Positions 1 to 15,645 of a DNA stretch of 64,000 bases are shown one piece after another. Under the pieces are notes generated by a model. It was not told the DNA's origin and did no database searches. It saw only the letters and a list, made by a program, of their open reading frames with translations. Numbering within the stretch: position 1 is the first letter of the stretch; every line of letters starts with the position of its first letter. The translations under genes and the position numbers were made by a program. Origin of the DNA: Octopus vulgaris (lineage: Eukaryota); NCBI GenBank assembly GCA_951406725.2, contig OX597818.1:101122001-101186000 (forward strand), written 5' to 3'.

Positions 1-786
1 TTTTTAATCGTTAACTCATCGTAGGCATTCTTAGAGAGTTACTTCCCGTATATAATAGCGAAAAATGCATTAAAATGGAATAAAAAATGATGGTAAATTT
101 TTTTTTAAATCGTAGACTCATCGTAGACGCGCGCTAATACCCAAAATGGCTCGATATGAATCACGACTATAAGATACCCGGTTTTGGTTAAACTGCACCG
201 CAAAATGTGGGAGTAGTTAGGAATCTAAATCGTAGGAGACAGACACACAACCTTACTTTTATATATAAAGATTTGTGCAACAACTAAAACATTCGGTTGT
301 GCAAATTGTTTGCACAGGAAACCTGCCCTGTGTGGCGGTAATTGCCGTTTTTGTGGATCTGTTTCAGCTTTTTTAGCGATTTCTGTTTTGGCGACTTCAA
401 GCCATGAAGTCGTTGTTCTAAGAGAACTCTGGTCTCCTTGACAACGCATTACGACGTTGATTTTCTTACACTCCCTTCCCCACAGCTTCACGAGGGAGGG
501 AAGACGGGGGAGAAGCAACACAGGTGCACGTGTGAGCGTGGACGCTAACTCCGCCGCCATCGACACATGAAAAAATATGCATTAAAATGGAATAAAAATG
601 ATGTTAAATTATTTTTAAAATCGTAGACTCAATGTAGACGCGCGCTAATACTCAGACGGGCTTGATATAAATCACGACTATAAGATACCCGAATTTGGTT
701 AAACTGCACCGCAAAATGTGGGAGTTGTTAGGAATCTAAATCGAAGGGGACAGACACTCACACAACTACAGTTTTATATATATAGA
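1..786 (-). mobile_element. Two tandem 5' ends of a non-autonomous Helitron-like element
   Basis: ~210-bp block repeated at ~61-271 and ~575-786. On the minus strand each begins A|TCT(T/A)TATATATAAAA, the typical Helitron 5'-TC terminus. No 3' hairpin/CTRR end is visible in the window. Confidence 0.55.
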
Positions 787-997
787 TATATATATATAAA
801 TGGATGATTGAATTATCCTTTGTTTACAGTTAAAATGGAAAATTCAATAAACAGTTATCAGGGTAGAACAATTCACGCAAGTAACAAGGGTGTAGCAGTC
901 CTATTCAAAGGTAGAATCTCCGGGGTTGATGTGCAGTAATTTGTATAGTATTATTAAATAAATGGAGTTGAACGCAGGTGTTATTCAAATTCCTATA

Positions 998-1082
998 CCT
1001 TCGACGTATGTTCGAAGACAATATTGGTTTTATTCCAAAGGAATAAACGGTGTAAAATAATGTAATCTTCTCATCAGGAAAG
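998..1082 (-). ncRNA. Degenerate type I hammerhead ribozyme (GAAA reduced to GAA)
   Basis: Minus strand: ctttc-CTGATGA-gaag...cttc-GAA-catac-GTC-gaagg. Same family as the intact motif at 46023-46117. Confidence 0.6.
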
Positions 1083-1307
1083 AAAGAGAACAAGACATTA
1101 TAACAATTTTGATGACTGCATAAATGATAAATAGAACGCTATTAAGTATTTAAAATAAACGTTAGTAGGTCTGACGTCAAAAGCAGACAGTAGCAAGAGA
1201 AGGGGTAAAGAACTAATAAGTAGAGAACAAATAAAGAGGGATATATTGGTAGAAAAAAATGTTCAAAATCTTGGAAGTAGATTTCTCTATTGAAGTAAAG
1301 TGTAAAG

Positions 1308-1666
1308 AGGCGGTTGGATGGAACCTACACTCGCCTCCTTATGAGAGCTCAAAATCTCTCGTGGAGGCGCCATCCAACTAAAATGCAAATATATGGGAAA
1401 TTACCACCTGTGTCATCTCTTGTGAAAGGTAGGAGAGTCCAGTTTGCTGGACATTGTTGTAGAGCTGAAAAAGAAGTAATTTCTACTCTTCTCCTCTGGA
1501 AGCCATCTACTCGCAACACCAGAGGGTGCACACTCTCCTACCCTGATGTAATCTCCAGGGATACAGGCATCCAGCAACAGGACCTCCGTAATGCTATGAT
1601 GGACCGTGAAGTCTGGCGCAACATGGTAAATTCCATTGTCTCGACCACGGTCGAACAATGATGATG
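1308..1666 (+). mobile_element. 5'-truncated RTE-clade LINE with target-site duplication
   Basis: ORF 1314-1661 (LDGTYTRLL..SW..H..RRVQFAGHC.R..LLLW..DREVWR) matches RTE ORF C-termini. (TGA)n tail. 11-bp direct repeat AAAGTGTAAAG at 1297-1307 and 1667-1677. Confidence 0.85.
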
Positions 1667-2145
1667 AAAGTGTAAAGTGAACTAAATGTTCAAACTATAC
1701 AGACTGGTATAAATCACTTATATGAGCTAAATGTATGTTTCTGCCATTACTTACATTTGTAAGATCGCTCTATAAGTGTGTTAACAAGGTGATTCTTAGA
1801 AACGAGAATATGGAAGAGTTCAGAGTTGCAAATGTTACAAAATCATTTGCCCTTGTCATAAGGGAAAGAGATGGATAGGATGAACCAATCTAACTTAAAA
1901 TCCCATTATTGTTGTTTTTAAGATACCAAGCCAATTCAATGCCGTGAATGGAACTTGCTGTCTCTTATTGACTAATTATGGTATTGAGTATTTCTGAAAG
2001 AAGAATGAGTTGCCTGTATATGCAATGAAGTGTATCTACGAGACGTATTCATGCATGCGTAGCAAAACTGGAACGCAAGATTTAGAGGATTAGAACAACA
2101 TAATTTCTGTATCGGTTACTAACCTAATGCATATATCTACACATA

Positions 2146-3384
2146 TAAGGGTGAGTTGAAACGTTCATGGGCTGGTTCTGAAGAATTCATGTATCATTCG
2201 TGAAATCTTGCGTACATTAATTTAAAAACTTCTTATTAACTTCACTCGTTCCTTTCATGCAAGCTAACATCTAACTGTTCAAAACACCTTTAAATGTAAA
2301 TAGTAGCGGCGTCTCTTGAAAATGGAGAAAAATACACATCATCGTGCAGAGAAAGAGTTTAGCCCCTTAGGATATCCATGCATACATGATTGCTACATTA
2401 GCGGGTGACGCTACGAATTTATCAATAACACAAATGGGGTAACTGAATTTAGGAGGGGAATGGAGTTTCTTAGGAGATATAACATGATCTAGACGTCCTG
2501 AAATTACTACCATCGATGAAAACACTGGTCATGTTCACCACACGCCCATGGATAGCAGGTGATTGACTGGCAACCAGATGGCCCGTGCTATTAGATTATC
2601 CTTACGAGAGAGTCGAGAACATTCTACAAAATAAACTTGATATGGCGAAAGTTCGTGCCACGTCTTCTGATAATTGATCAATGGTGCAACAGTCTGGTCA
2701 CATCACAGAACAACCTGATATTGTTCGAGGGGGTTCTATCTGGTTTCAACACCCGTTTTGTAACATTAGGATCAGTGATGGGTTAATCCCTTTGGAGCAG
2801 AGGCAAATAGACAATATATGCAGTGGAAACACCCTTCCTTAACTGCGCCAAATAATGCCAAAGTTGTTTCATTTACCAGGAGAATGATGGCCTTAGTTAT
2901 TTGGAAGCAAAAAGCATTGTTTTTATTGACCATCTTGAAAATGATCTTTCCATCGATGGAGTGTATTATCTCAAGTTGTGAGGCATTGAGGAAATTCTTT
3001 TAAAACCAAACACCAAAGATATTTGATAAAAAGTTTCTTTTTTCATGAGGGAATGCTACAACGCAGAGACCCTTCGTTTCACGGGCAGCTGTGCGCAACA
3101 GTGGCTTTCATCTGTTTGATGATCCTCCCTACCTCCCAGGTGTGGCCGCATCTGATTATCATCTGTTCAATAACGTCAAAGACACGCAGCTGCAAACGAG
3201 TATCACGATGATGATGACGTCTGATCTGCTGTTTATGACTTCTTACACAAAGAGGATGAACGCATCTTCACCAACTGGATCCAAGCAGTAATGCACCGAT
3301 AGAAGAAATGAATGGATGGCAAGGCGGATTATATTGAAAGTATACTTCATTCGGTAACATTCAAATGTTTTGAGTATACCCTCG
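2146..3384 (+). mobile_element. Full-length but decayed mariner transposon
   Basis: Fragments MQWKHPS...AKVVS..MMALVIW and PPYLPGVAASDYHLFNNVK (cf. HPPYSPDLAPSDYHLF). Imperfect TIRs flanked by TA, ~1.24 kb. Confidence 0.8.
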
Positions 3385-4081
3385 TAGTTACTGCAAATAT
3401 AAACCAATTACTAGACAGCAGTATACACCATTAAGAACACATCAACTCTTGACACTTAACACGACATTTAAAAATTACAAATGCATTTTCAATCGGAACG
3501 CAAGACGGCATACAGCAGTTTACAATCTAATTAACCATAAGTAAAGTTACACGATGTTCCTCCGCTCAACGTTACTGCAATCGATAACTATTTCAATCTA
3601 ATTGTATATAACCCAAAATAATAATGAACACTTACAACATGCTCACTCACATGCACATCGGAATACAACTATTGGGAAGCTTATAGCTTAACGAAGGTCT
3701 GCTATGATTAGAGATAGGGTTAAGCATTGTACGATAAACTTATAAATATTTAATATACATCTCGTGATTACTTGTTCGCATTATTCGTGAATTTTATAGT
3801 GTAGCATTATAAATCGATCGGTCATTAGTAGTCAGGATGTAATTATGTATTTAGGTACTTCTCGGTTAAATTATATATGAAACTTATACAATAACAAACC
3901 CTTGCTGAAAATATCATGGATCTATATATTTAAATGTGTGTGTCGGCGTGCGGAAGTGGGTGTGTATGTGTGCCTGTGTGGGTGCGTATGTGGGTATGGG
4001 TGTGTGTGCACGCGCGTGCAGGTACGTATAGAGCCATTGACAGTTAGAAATTATATACTTTCCAAAAATGTAAATTTAAGT

Positions 4082-4440
4082 AGTGGCTGTGTGGTAAGTA
4101 GCTTGCTTACCAACTACATGGTGACAGGGTCAGTTCCACTGTGTGGCAGCTTGGGCAAGTGTCTTCTACTATAGTCTCGGACCGACCAAAGCCTTGTGAG
4201 TGGATTTGCTAGATAGAAACTGAAAGAAGCCCGTCGTATATATATATATATATGTGTGTGTATTTGTGTGTCTGTGTTTACATCCCCGTAAGTTAGCGGT
4301 TCGGTAAAAGAGACCGATATAATAAGTACAAAGCTTACAAAGAATAAGTACTGGGGTCAATTTGCTCAGCTAAAGGCGGTGCTCCAGCATGGCCGCAGTC
4401 AAATAACTGAAACCTGTAAAAGAGTATAGAGTAAAGAGAG
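4082..4440 (+). mobile_element. tRNA-derived SINE, family A
   Basis: Box A/B-like head (TGGCTGTGTGG..GGGTCAGTTCC), conserved body ...GAAAGAAGCCCGTCG(TA)n(TG)n..., A/G-rich tail. More than 10 copies in the window. Confidence 0.85.
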
Positions 4441-4502
4441 GAAGTTTCGGAATACGCGAAATGTCATATTACTCGAATGGCTGCTTTAGAAATGATGAAA
4501 TT

Positions 4503-4504
<2 letters not shown>

Positions 4505-4542
<38 letters not shown>

Positions 4543-4597
4543 AACACACACATACACACACTCACACACACACACATACATACATACATACACACAC

Positions 4598-4646
<49 letters not shown>

Positions 4647-4720
4647 TGTATGTATGTATGTATGTATGTATGTATGTATGTATGTGTGTGTGAGTGTGTG
4701 TATGTGTGTGTTTGTGTGTG
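4505..4720. repeat. Compound (TA)n/(CA)n/(TATG)n microsatellite, representative of dozens of similar tracts
   Basis: Direct reading. Comparable tracts at ~5337, 6655, 10960, 13626, 21064, 30410, 40343, 46697, 51190 and 60640. Confidence 0.95.
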
Positions 4721-5334
4721 ATTGTAGTAATACTATTTGATGCAATATAACATTTCATAAAGCTTGCTATTATTTTGCGAAATTGTGTAAATGATGGATA
4801 AATAAACATCATAGAGAAATTGGGTGGAACCAGGTTTAATGCGAATCACGCACTTGATGTACCCCACAAATATGAGACATATTTATTACCATTATATTTG
4901 GTAATATTGCCACATGAAATATTAAAGCATGAACAAATTAATAGAACCATATTGGAGACAGTTATGTGGTTTCAAAAACTCAATTTGCGAGCACACATTC
5001 TCCATATTTACTTCTACTGCGTGGTAAATTGGGAAGGTGTTTTCTTATATACACCCGTTGCAGCCAATTACTTTCAACTGAAGGTAGTAGAGGGATACGG
5101 TGTATATATGTTTAAAGTTATTTCTTCTATAAGGCCGCAACAATTAAAGGAGGTACAAAGTATAATATGAAAAACAAAAAGAATGTATTGTGAAGTTTTC
5201 TTTTTCTATTCCTTTTATAGTTTACACTGGATCTTCTTGTATTGTTTCAGATTATACAACACATCTCTTTAAAATAGTACGACGAAATGCTTAGACGTAA
5301 CAATACATGTTTTAAATCATGTATATGCACACAT

Positions 5335-5413
<79 letters not shown>

Positions 5414-5535
5414 AAGATTCATATATACATGCATACTTATATACACGTATCAATCTATTTATCTATCTTTCTATCTATCCATCTACCTACCTACCTATCT
5501 ATCTATCTACCTACTCACCTATCTATCTACATCTC

Positions 5536-5601
<66 letters not shown>

Positions 5602-6268
5602 GGTATATATATATATTTGAAAAGATGATCAGAGATGGCTTTGGGGTGAGGGATACTTTATATTTTAATGATAACGTTTCCTGTTACTCCAATGAGTTTC
5701 GAGCTTTTTGATAGCCCCTTTCATTCTGAAATTCTGTGGTTTAGGAAATTGTTTATATACCATATATATACAAATAAACAATAAACACAGGAAATTAAAG
5801 ATAGAAACATTAATAGAGAAGATAGAAAGTATATACAACAGCATGCGTGAAAAAAGGAGAAGAAAAGAAGAAGAAAATAGGAAAAAGGGAAAAGGAAAGA
5901 AAATAGCGGAAAAAAGGTGGAAGATAAGAAGACAAAAAGCTGTTGAAAATGGCAGTGAGAAGAGATTAGAATACGTGTGGGAGTGGCCAAAAAAAGTTTC
6001 GTTCTGTTCTTGTCAGAATGTGACCTTTGCGAATCTTTTGATTTGAGATCATTTTATTCATTTTTCCCAGATGGTATGGTGTGCTCTTATTTAGTAACAA
6101 ACACACGCGCACGCACGCACACGTTACACATACATCACATACATATAGAGATACATACACACATCTACAAATGCGTGTATACATACAACCACTCACACAA
6201 ATACAAACACACAAATATATTATGCTGTAACTATTTTATTATCCTTCAATATATATCATACACACACT

Positions 6269-6324
<56 letters not shown>

Positions 6325-6654
6325 ATATAGAAATATATGCATATATACATACATATATGTACATACCTACATAGAGATGTGTGTATACATGCATATATGG
6401 GTACAGGACATAAAGAAAAACGTTGAACACAATGAGAAACGAGAACAAATAAAATCGTAGAAACGAACTTTTTTCGAACAACGAAAAAAGAAACTTTGAG
6501 AAGAGACATACAACATAAAGAGTATTACCCTTCATCAGTTGTCCCTGTTTCATCTACTCCGCGTAGTACTACCTAAAAAGCAAATTAAATAAATTTTGGG
6601 ATTTTTTGCGGAGGGTGAAAGTGATAACAAGAACAGGACAGTGAGAACAAAACA

Positions 6655-6759
<105 letters not shown>

Positions 6760-7642
6760 GATATATATATATGTATGCGTGTGTGTGTGTGTGTGTGTGT
6801 GTAAGAAAATATCTGTAATGATATATATACACCTGTGTTCCTGTGTGTTTTGTTGCACTTGGGCTTGTCCCGCTTCGTGTGAGAATTGGTTTTGGTTTGC
6901 TTACGTCTCTTTTATTTATAGGCACACCAAATGAATTTGATAGAACAAGTATTTGCCTTAAATAGTAAATACGGTTAGATTCGTTCGACAAGATCTTTGA
7001 AGTCCTTGCCCCAGCATGACCACGATTTATTGAGGGATACTTTTAAATTATTTATTGAACTAGCAAAAACAGGGATTTCGAGGTTGGCGAGAGATTAATG
7101 GTTAAGTTTTATTGAATAATTACTTTATACGTGTCATTATTTAAATGTCTGAGTTTTGTGATAAAATGAGACGATGCATGTGCTCTTTGCTACACATCTA
7201 CATATGTAAACACGCTCAGAGAAACTTATACATACGCACAAGCAGAATCATAGAGTGTGTCTAAATATGAGTCATGAAATGATAAAACGAATCCAATTAT
7301 TAAAGAAAAAAAATAACATCATGAGCACATACTATTACGCTGTTGCTTATATGTGACATATACGTACAGTATTTCATTTTTATGCAAAAACAAAACATAC
7401 GTTGCAAAATGAATTGTATATTTCTTTTATGTGTGAATACACATACCTCTTGCAAAGTCGTTAATTGTATCATGAAAAATGTTAATTAATATGTACCTTT
7501 GTAAATAGCGGCATATGCACTGATACAACTATAGACTATACGATAGACAAGGCTTTCCCTAACTCAACAGCTTTAAAGACTAGTAAGTCACATATATATA
7601 TATACACTTAATCACAGAGAACACGCACGTGCACTAAACTTT

Positions 7643-8043
7643 CTGTGTGGTATGTAGCTTGTTTACCAACCACATGGTTTTGGGTTCATTCCCACTGTGT
7701 GGCACCTTCGGCAAGTGTCTTCTACTATAGCCTCGGGCCGACCAGATCCTTGTGAGTGGATTTGATAGACGGAAACTGAAAGAATCCCGTCGTATATATG
7801 TATATATATATATGTGTGTGTGTGTGTTTGTGTGTCTGCGTTTGTTCCCCTAGCATTGCTTGACAACCGATGCTGGTGTGTTTATGTCCCCGTTACTTAG
7901 TGGTTCGGCAAAAGAGACCGATAGAATAAGTACTGGGCTTACAAAAGAATAAATCCCGGGGTCGAGTTGCTCGATTAAAGGCGGTGCTCCAGCATGGCCG
8001 CAGTTAAATGACTGAAACAACTAAAAGAGTAAAATAGTAAAAA
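7643..8043 (+). mobile_element. SINE family A
   Basis: Same head, body and tail as the other copies. Confidence 0.85.
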
Positions 8044-8058
8044 GTGTATATGTATATA

Positions 8059-8243
8059 GGCGCAGGCGTGGCTGTATGGTAAGTAGTTTGCTTAACAACC
8101 ACATAGTTTCGGGTTCAGTCCTACTGCGTGGCACCTTGTGCAAGTAGCTTCAACTGTAACCTTTAGCCGACCAAAGCCTTGCGAGTGGATTTGGTTGACG
8201 GAAACTGAAAGAAGCCCGTCGCACATATATATATGTGTACGTG

Positions 8244-8289
<46 letters not shown>

Positions 8290-8490
8290 CGTGTGTGTGT
8301 ATGTGTGTATGTATATGTTTGTGCGTCCGTTTTTGTCCACCCAACATCGCTTGACAACCGATGCTGGTGAGCTTAAGTCCCCGTCACATAGGGATTCGGC
8401 AAGAGAGGCCGATAGAATGAATAAGAACCAGGCTTACATTGAATAAGTGCTGAGGTCCATTTGACTGAAACAAATAAAAGAATAAAAGAA
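8059..8490 (+). mobile_element. SINE family A (tandem with the previous copy)
   Basis: Starts GGCGCAGGCGTGGCTGTATGG, with a 3' internal deletion. Confidence 0.85.
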
Positions 8491-8732
8491 TATCAGAAAA
8501 TGTCACTATATATTTGTGTTAGAAACAGTGAAGAGTTGTTGAATTTTGTAGCAGAATTTTTGTCGCATATTGTGTTGTATAGTTATATTACTCGTTTGAA
8601 GATATTAACATCTTACGATGGAACTAATCCATGCCTTTACAAGGGATTATCATATTTGATTAACTATTTTAAGTTACGTATTTCCATATAAATCGATTAT
8701 ATATTTACTTATCTTTCTATATCTGTTTGTAT

Positions 8733-9545
<813 letters not shown>

Positions 9546-10444
9546 AGTTTATAAATTGTAAACCTTTACTGTATATGTTACAAATATGTTTGAAAATCAA
9601 AAAAGATATATAATATTATGTATTGAACCCCAGATACAAATATATCGCGCATTTCGATCCTTTGAATTTTTAAAACGTAGGGCAATGCTAAATTCTGATT
9701 TTTGAAGTAAGTATGCTTTACAATCTTGTATACCTGACACTGGGACTTTCCTTTCAATCCAACGAATAATAAAGCACTTATTGATACAAACTAATTTCAC
9801 TGACATGTGTATTGGAAGTAAATTTGATCCTTTTTTAATGTTTAAATCAAGTAAAATGTCACTCAGAATTATGCCGCCTGTGTCTGCTTTTATCACCTGC
9901 TCTTCTACCTTGTTTGAATGAAATTTTTATTCGTATATTGATAAAATTTCCGTATTGACACAAAATTCTTGTAAAAACACAAACAGCACATGACAATACG
10001 TTAAGTCAGGGGATATATAGTACGATGACAAACCAGAGCAAGCATTGTTTCTATCTGTCCAGACGGATAAGTTCCTGTCTGGCGTCTGATATCAATAAAG
10101 AAGATTAAAACCACCTGTTCTTTTCAATATTTACAGGGAATTTGGTCAGCTAATGACTAATCTTTAAACATTTATGAAGATCAATTTGATGTCCGTGTGG
10201 AAACGACGCACTAACAAATAGAGCAACTTTGTTAAACTGAAAGCGTCTTCGGTGTCATTGAAATCGATATTAACGTTCGAATGAGATTTCCAATTAAAAA
10301 GAGCGATGCGTGTTTGAGAAACTGAATATATTAAGGCCATACATCAACACCGGAGTATTTACCATAATATGAGAGTAACTTTGCCCCCATGGGTAATATC
10401 ACAAATTGTTACCTGCGTACAATAATTACGATAAAAAGTTGATT

Positions 10445-10520
<76 letters not shown>

Positions 10521-10958
10521 AAACATATATAATATATGTATATGTGTTTCGCGCAAAATAAATATGTAAATATGGTGTTACTTGTTTAAATTTCATAAAC
10601 ATAATCGCAATTCTATAATATTACAGTGAAAATACATCACCACAAAATTTCGTGAAAATATATATATATATATATATTCAGAAAGCGGTAAGACAATAAT
10701 TTTATATTGCTCAGTTTCTCCTTTTCACTCTCTAACCTCTCTCGTTCTAAGATTACTGGACGAACCATCCGGCATGTCCACGAAAACATCCGGCACAATT
10801 CTTACGTGATGAAGGTCCAAATATTGCTTAAAATTTAAAAGGCTATTAAACAAAGGGAAAACCACACAAGACATTGAACACATACATGCATACGCACGCA
10901 CACACACACGCGCGCAAACACATACACACTATCTATCAATCCCTCTTTCTCTGTATAT

Positions 10959-11063
<105 letters not shown>

Positions 11064-11084
11064 TCATATCATATATATATATCT

Positions 11085-11115
<31 letters not shown>

Positions 11116-11323
11116 TGTATGTATATGTATATACATGTATATATATGTATATATATATATATACATATATATGTGTATATATATATATATGTATGTATAT
11201 ATATATATGTACATATATATATATATAATATATATATATATATTATATACATATATATATATAATATATATATATATTATATACATATATATATATATGT
11301 ATATATCTATCTATCTAGCTAGC

Positions 11324-11360
<37 letters not shown>

Positions 11361-11720
11361 ATATATATTTACGTATATATATATGTATTTATATGTGTAT
11401 AATATTAGTAAAATATATGAAATGTGTACTAGATATTATTGGGTACAATACATATATCGACTCGCCCTGGTTCTGTTCGGGTGCATGAATATTAAGTCTC
11501 ACTGGAGGTTTCTTTACTTGGCCTATATGTCCATCAAATTCGGGAATATGTATATGAAGAAATGATTACATCCAATATTGTACGGGTCTTATACCTCATA
11601 TTGTTGGAGAAATTTCCCTAAAATAAATAGGTATGTATTATGCATAGCATCTGCATTCAATTAAGAGAAGCAAATGGAGATTTAATGATTAATAATAAAT
11701 TTATTAAAATATTGATAACC

Positions 11721-11818
11721 ATTCCTACAATTGTTTCAATTCATATTTAACAAGTAATTTACAAATTTATGTAATAAATTGGCATGTATAAGTTGTGAGC
11801 AAAATGTCACCAGGAAAT
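11721..11818 (-). ncRNA. Degenerate type I hammerhead ribozyme
   Basis: Minus strand: atttc-CTGGTGA-...-GAAA-caatt-GTA-ggaat. Palindromic stem III ACAATTGT and a pairing stem I; core A6 changed to G and stem II poor. Confidence 0.45.
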
Positions 11819-12603
11819 ATTAAACATTAAAGTAGTACGTGTTAACTAATGTGTTCTTTCCAACAGAGATTCTGTTAGAAAGAGCAAAACCGTTCACCAT
11901 GTAATTCTTAATGGATATTTAGTACATAGATTGTTAACTTATCTAATATAAAGAGGGGGCAATTATCAGTATTACTGATTAAGAGTTTTAAAAAAACTAA
12001 TCTGAAAGCCTTTCCTTACGAAGCAATTACAGACATTGTTACTCGGAATGCGATAAAAGAACACTTCAGTTCAGCAATAACTATGAAAATTTTACCTGTT
12101 ATAATGTGAAATTGCGAAGAGATGAATGTACAATTAGAATAAGAATATCGGTACATTTTTATGGATGGAGTTTTCTTATATTGAGCTTTGAGACATTATA
12201 CATTTAAGAGGTAAATAACATGATGCCTGAATTATATACGATTAAAATAATCTGTTAGGAAAGGTAATAATTCAAACTGAACATATGCCGAGAGCGGTTA
12301 TGAATTTATTAGTAAGTTATTCCCTTCAAGCCGTATTAAAATTAAAGAGAAATAATTTTATTGTGTGGTATGAAACTTTTAGTTTCAGAGAGAAACTGCT
12401 ATGCTAGTGACAATCGCTAACGATGTTGACAACGTCTAGATGCTGTGACAATGAAAACATGGAAATTTGAATTTAAAAAAAAAATTAATCTCTCACTCTA
12501 GCAATGTAAGCTACAAATTTGTTTAGACGAAAATGATAGCTCTGCTTCACAATTTTAAGAATCTTCAGCAGTTTACACATAGTGAGGCTTATAATTTGCC
12601 TTT

Positions 12604-12833
12604 ATACTCTTTTATTTGTTTCAGTCATGTGATTGTGGCCATGCAGAAGCACCGCTTTTAGTCGAGCAAGTCGACTCCAGGACTTATTCCTTGTAAGCCT
12701 AGTACTTATTCTATCGGACTCTTTTGCCGAACCGCTAAGTTACGGGGACGTAAACACACCAGCATTGGTTGTCAAGCGATGTTGGGGGATAAACACAAAC
12801 ACACGTACACACACACACGTACACACACATATA

Positions 12834-12897
<64 letters not shown>

Positions 12898-13070
12898 CAT
12901 ACATTTATATGACGGGCCTCTTTCAGTTTCCGTCTAACAAATCCACTCACAAGGCTTTGGTTAGCCCGTGGGTATATTAGATGACACTTGCCCAAGTTGC
13001 CATGCAGTAGGACTGAACCCGGAAACATGTTATTCGTAAGCAAGGTACTTAACACAGCCTCTCCTACGCC
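12604..13070 (-). mobile_element. SINE family A
   Basis: Reverse complement of the family body, with the internal microsatellite. Confidence 0.85.
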
Positions 13071-13312
13071 TATGCACACAGCCACTCCTACGGTTTATAG
13101 TAAATAATTTACACCTCATTTTCGTCGAAACCTATTGGCATAGAACACGGCTTGCTCAGGCTCAATTTCACAGTTTACATAAACAAAAGGAAATATCCCA
13201 TCTGAACACAATGCACTCAAATAGTAGCGGGAAGCAAACTACCTCAGCCAATAACACACATTTGTGCTTATATATATATATACACGTATGAGCGTGTAAA
13301 TATATACATACA

Positions 13313-13344
<32 letters not shown>

Positions 13345-13622
13345 CATATATATATATATATATATACATATATGATACGTCATGTAATAACATCGACAAA
13401 AATATAAGAGTGATATCGACTAGTAGTAAATCGCAATTACACTTCTTCGGGTGAGGGTTTGAAAGTAGGAAAAATAATGGGAGGCTATACAGTTTTACAT
13501 CCTCCAACGATAAGTCTTGAAAATCTGATGATTTCTTTCAACTTTTCCCGTGAAAAGCAATTGCGTTCGTAAAGGTCAATTTTCTACCCCTCACAGCAAA
13601 TTAAGATTATTTTTTTTATCGA

Positions 13623-13669
<47 letters not shown>

Positions 13670-13684
13670 CATACGCACAGACAC

Positions 13685-13801
<117 letters not shown>

Positions 13802-13950
13802 TAAAAATATATATGTGTATGTATATATACATAAATATATATATATACATATATATATGTATATATATAAATATATATATACACATTTATCTATATACAT
13901 ATCTTATGTATAACTTCATACATATATACAAATATATACATATATATATA

Positions 13951-14026
<76 letters not shown>

Positions 14027-14327
14027 GCTCATATACCTGTGTATATGAATATATATGCGTGCACGTATAGCTGTTTATAAATATATACATATGTGTTCGT
14101 ATGTATGTGAGTGTTCGGATGTGTAGTATTGATGAATAAGTTGCGGGTTTGTATATATAATGGTGTATGCATGTGAATGAGCATGTATGAGTATATAATT
14201 ATCATATTAAAAGCATTTACGTCAACAAAGTCTACCATCAGCATTGATTTCATTTTCTTCTACGTTTTATATTACTTTTACATAGAAGAACCCTACTACT
14301 ATTGCAAATTCTTGTACTGAATCGTCT

Positions 14328-14445
14328 GCTACTACAACTACTATTATTACTGCTGCTACCACCACCACCACCACCACCATCACCACCACCGCCACCACCA
14401 CCATCACCACCACTACCACTACTACTAATACTACTACTACTACCA
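14328..14445. repeat. (ACT)n/(ACC)n trinucleotide repeat
   Basis: Direct reading. Confidence 0.9.
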
Positions 14446-15249
14446 ATACATTATTTCTCCCCGCTGAAGGTGAAACACTGAAATGTTCTCTTGCGCACCA
14501 AATATTTTTCGTACATGTGTTTTAATGAAATCATAAATATATGAAAGTAGCGGATTGCGCCCCATTAGAACTTTACCTTAATGGAAGTGGACAGTTAAAA
14601 AGCTTTAAAAAATGTTATTGCTTCAATATATAGGTGCTCTGATATATACTCCCATGTGGTTTTTTCTGTACACTTAAAATGAAACTTCATTCAACCAGCT
14701 GAAAGCAGCTGTTAACAATTTTCAGCGTTATTATGAGATTTTAATACCTGTCTAATGGTGGATATGTTAATTTCTTTTTGGGTATCTTTAAATGTGTTGT
14801 GCAGATTGATGATATTACATTGATGAAAGCCAGCTTTTGCGTTAGTGAAACAATAGAGGTTAAATATGAAATCACCACTCTCGTATGAAAATGTAAACGG
14901 AAAGTAGAGTATTTTCAAACATATTTCCCAATCAAATACTAGAGGAGACACACTTAGCAAGTTTAAGGATGCTTAGAAGACAGATACGGAAGGCTGAAGA
15001 CATAGATACATGCATGTATGTATACATACATACAAACATACATACAGACACGCATACATATATACGTATTTACAAACATAAGAACATAATTTGACTTACA
15101 TAATGGCGTCTGATGTGGTCACTCCGACACCCGTGTGTTCTTACTGCTGATATAAAGGCAACATCAGATAAGGTAAGAAATGAGCCACACGATGCGGTAA
15201 GATTACATACGAATATTTGAACGTAAGCGCTTTAGTAACACATAATCTT

Positions 15250-15645
15250 TCCTGCTCTAGGCACAAGGCCCGACATTTTGGGGAGGGAGGCCAGTCGATT
15301 GTATCAACTCTAGTAGGCAACAGGTATTTACTTACGCAACCCAGAGAGGTAAAAATTACATCGGCGGATTTGAGCTCCAGACTTAAAGACAGACGAAATA
15401 CTGCTAAGTATTTCGCCCGGTTCGCTAACGTTTGTTATTTCTTTATTGCCCACAATGGACTAAACACAAAGGGGACAAACAAGGATAGACAAACGGATTA
15501 AGTCGATTACATCGATCCCAGTGCGTAACTGGTACTTAATTTATCGACCCCGAAAGGATGAAAGGTAGAGTCAACCTCGGCGGAATTTGAACTCAGAACG
15601 AAACAGCAGAGGGAATACTGCTAACGTCTCTGCCAGCACGCCGCA
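15250..15645 (-). mobile_element. tRNA-derived SINE family B (Nin-domain-like, internally dimeric)
   Basis: Reverse complement of 42698-43090. Contains CCGAGGTTGACTCTACCTTTCATCCTTTCGGGGTCGATAAA. Confidence 0.8.

Larger units (their letters stand above)
790..2015 (-). mobile_element. Decayed PLE 3' end (GIY-YIG C-terminus, 3' UTR/pseudo-LTR), interrupted by an RTE LINE
   Basis: Minus-strand translation of ~1720-1960 gives LAWYLKNNN/FKLDWFILSISFPYDKGK*FCNICNSELFHIL..LVNTLIERSYKCK, resembling PLE endonuclease C-termini. 800-1090 is the same family as 46013-46315 and abuts (TA)n. Confidence 0.6.

Noticed and set aside
9597-9896. 99-aa minus-strand ORF in non-repetitive DNA
   Set aside because: No recognisable domain or clear splice structure.
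13520-13570. CTGATGA...GAAAAGCAATTGCGTT possible hammerhead
   Set aside because: A stem III palindrome is present, but stems I and II cannot be formed.
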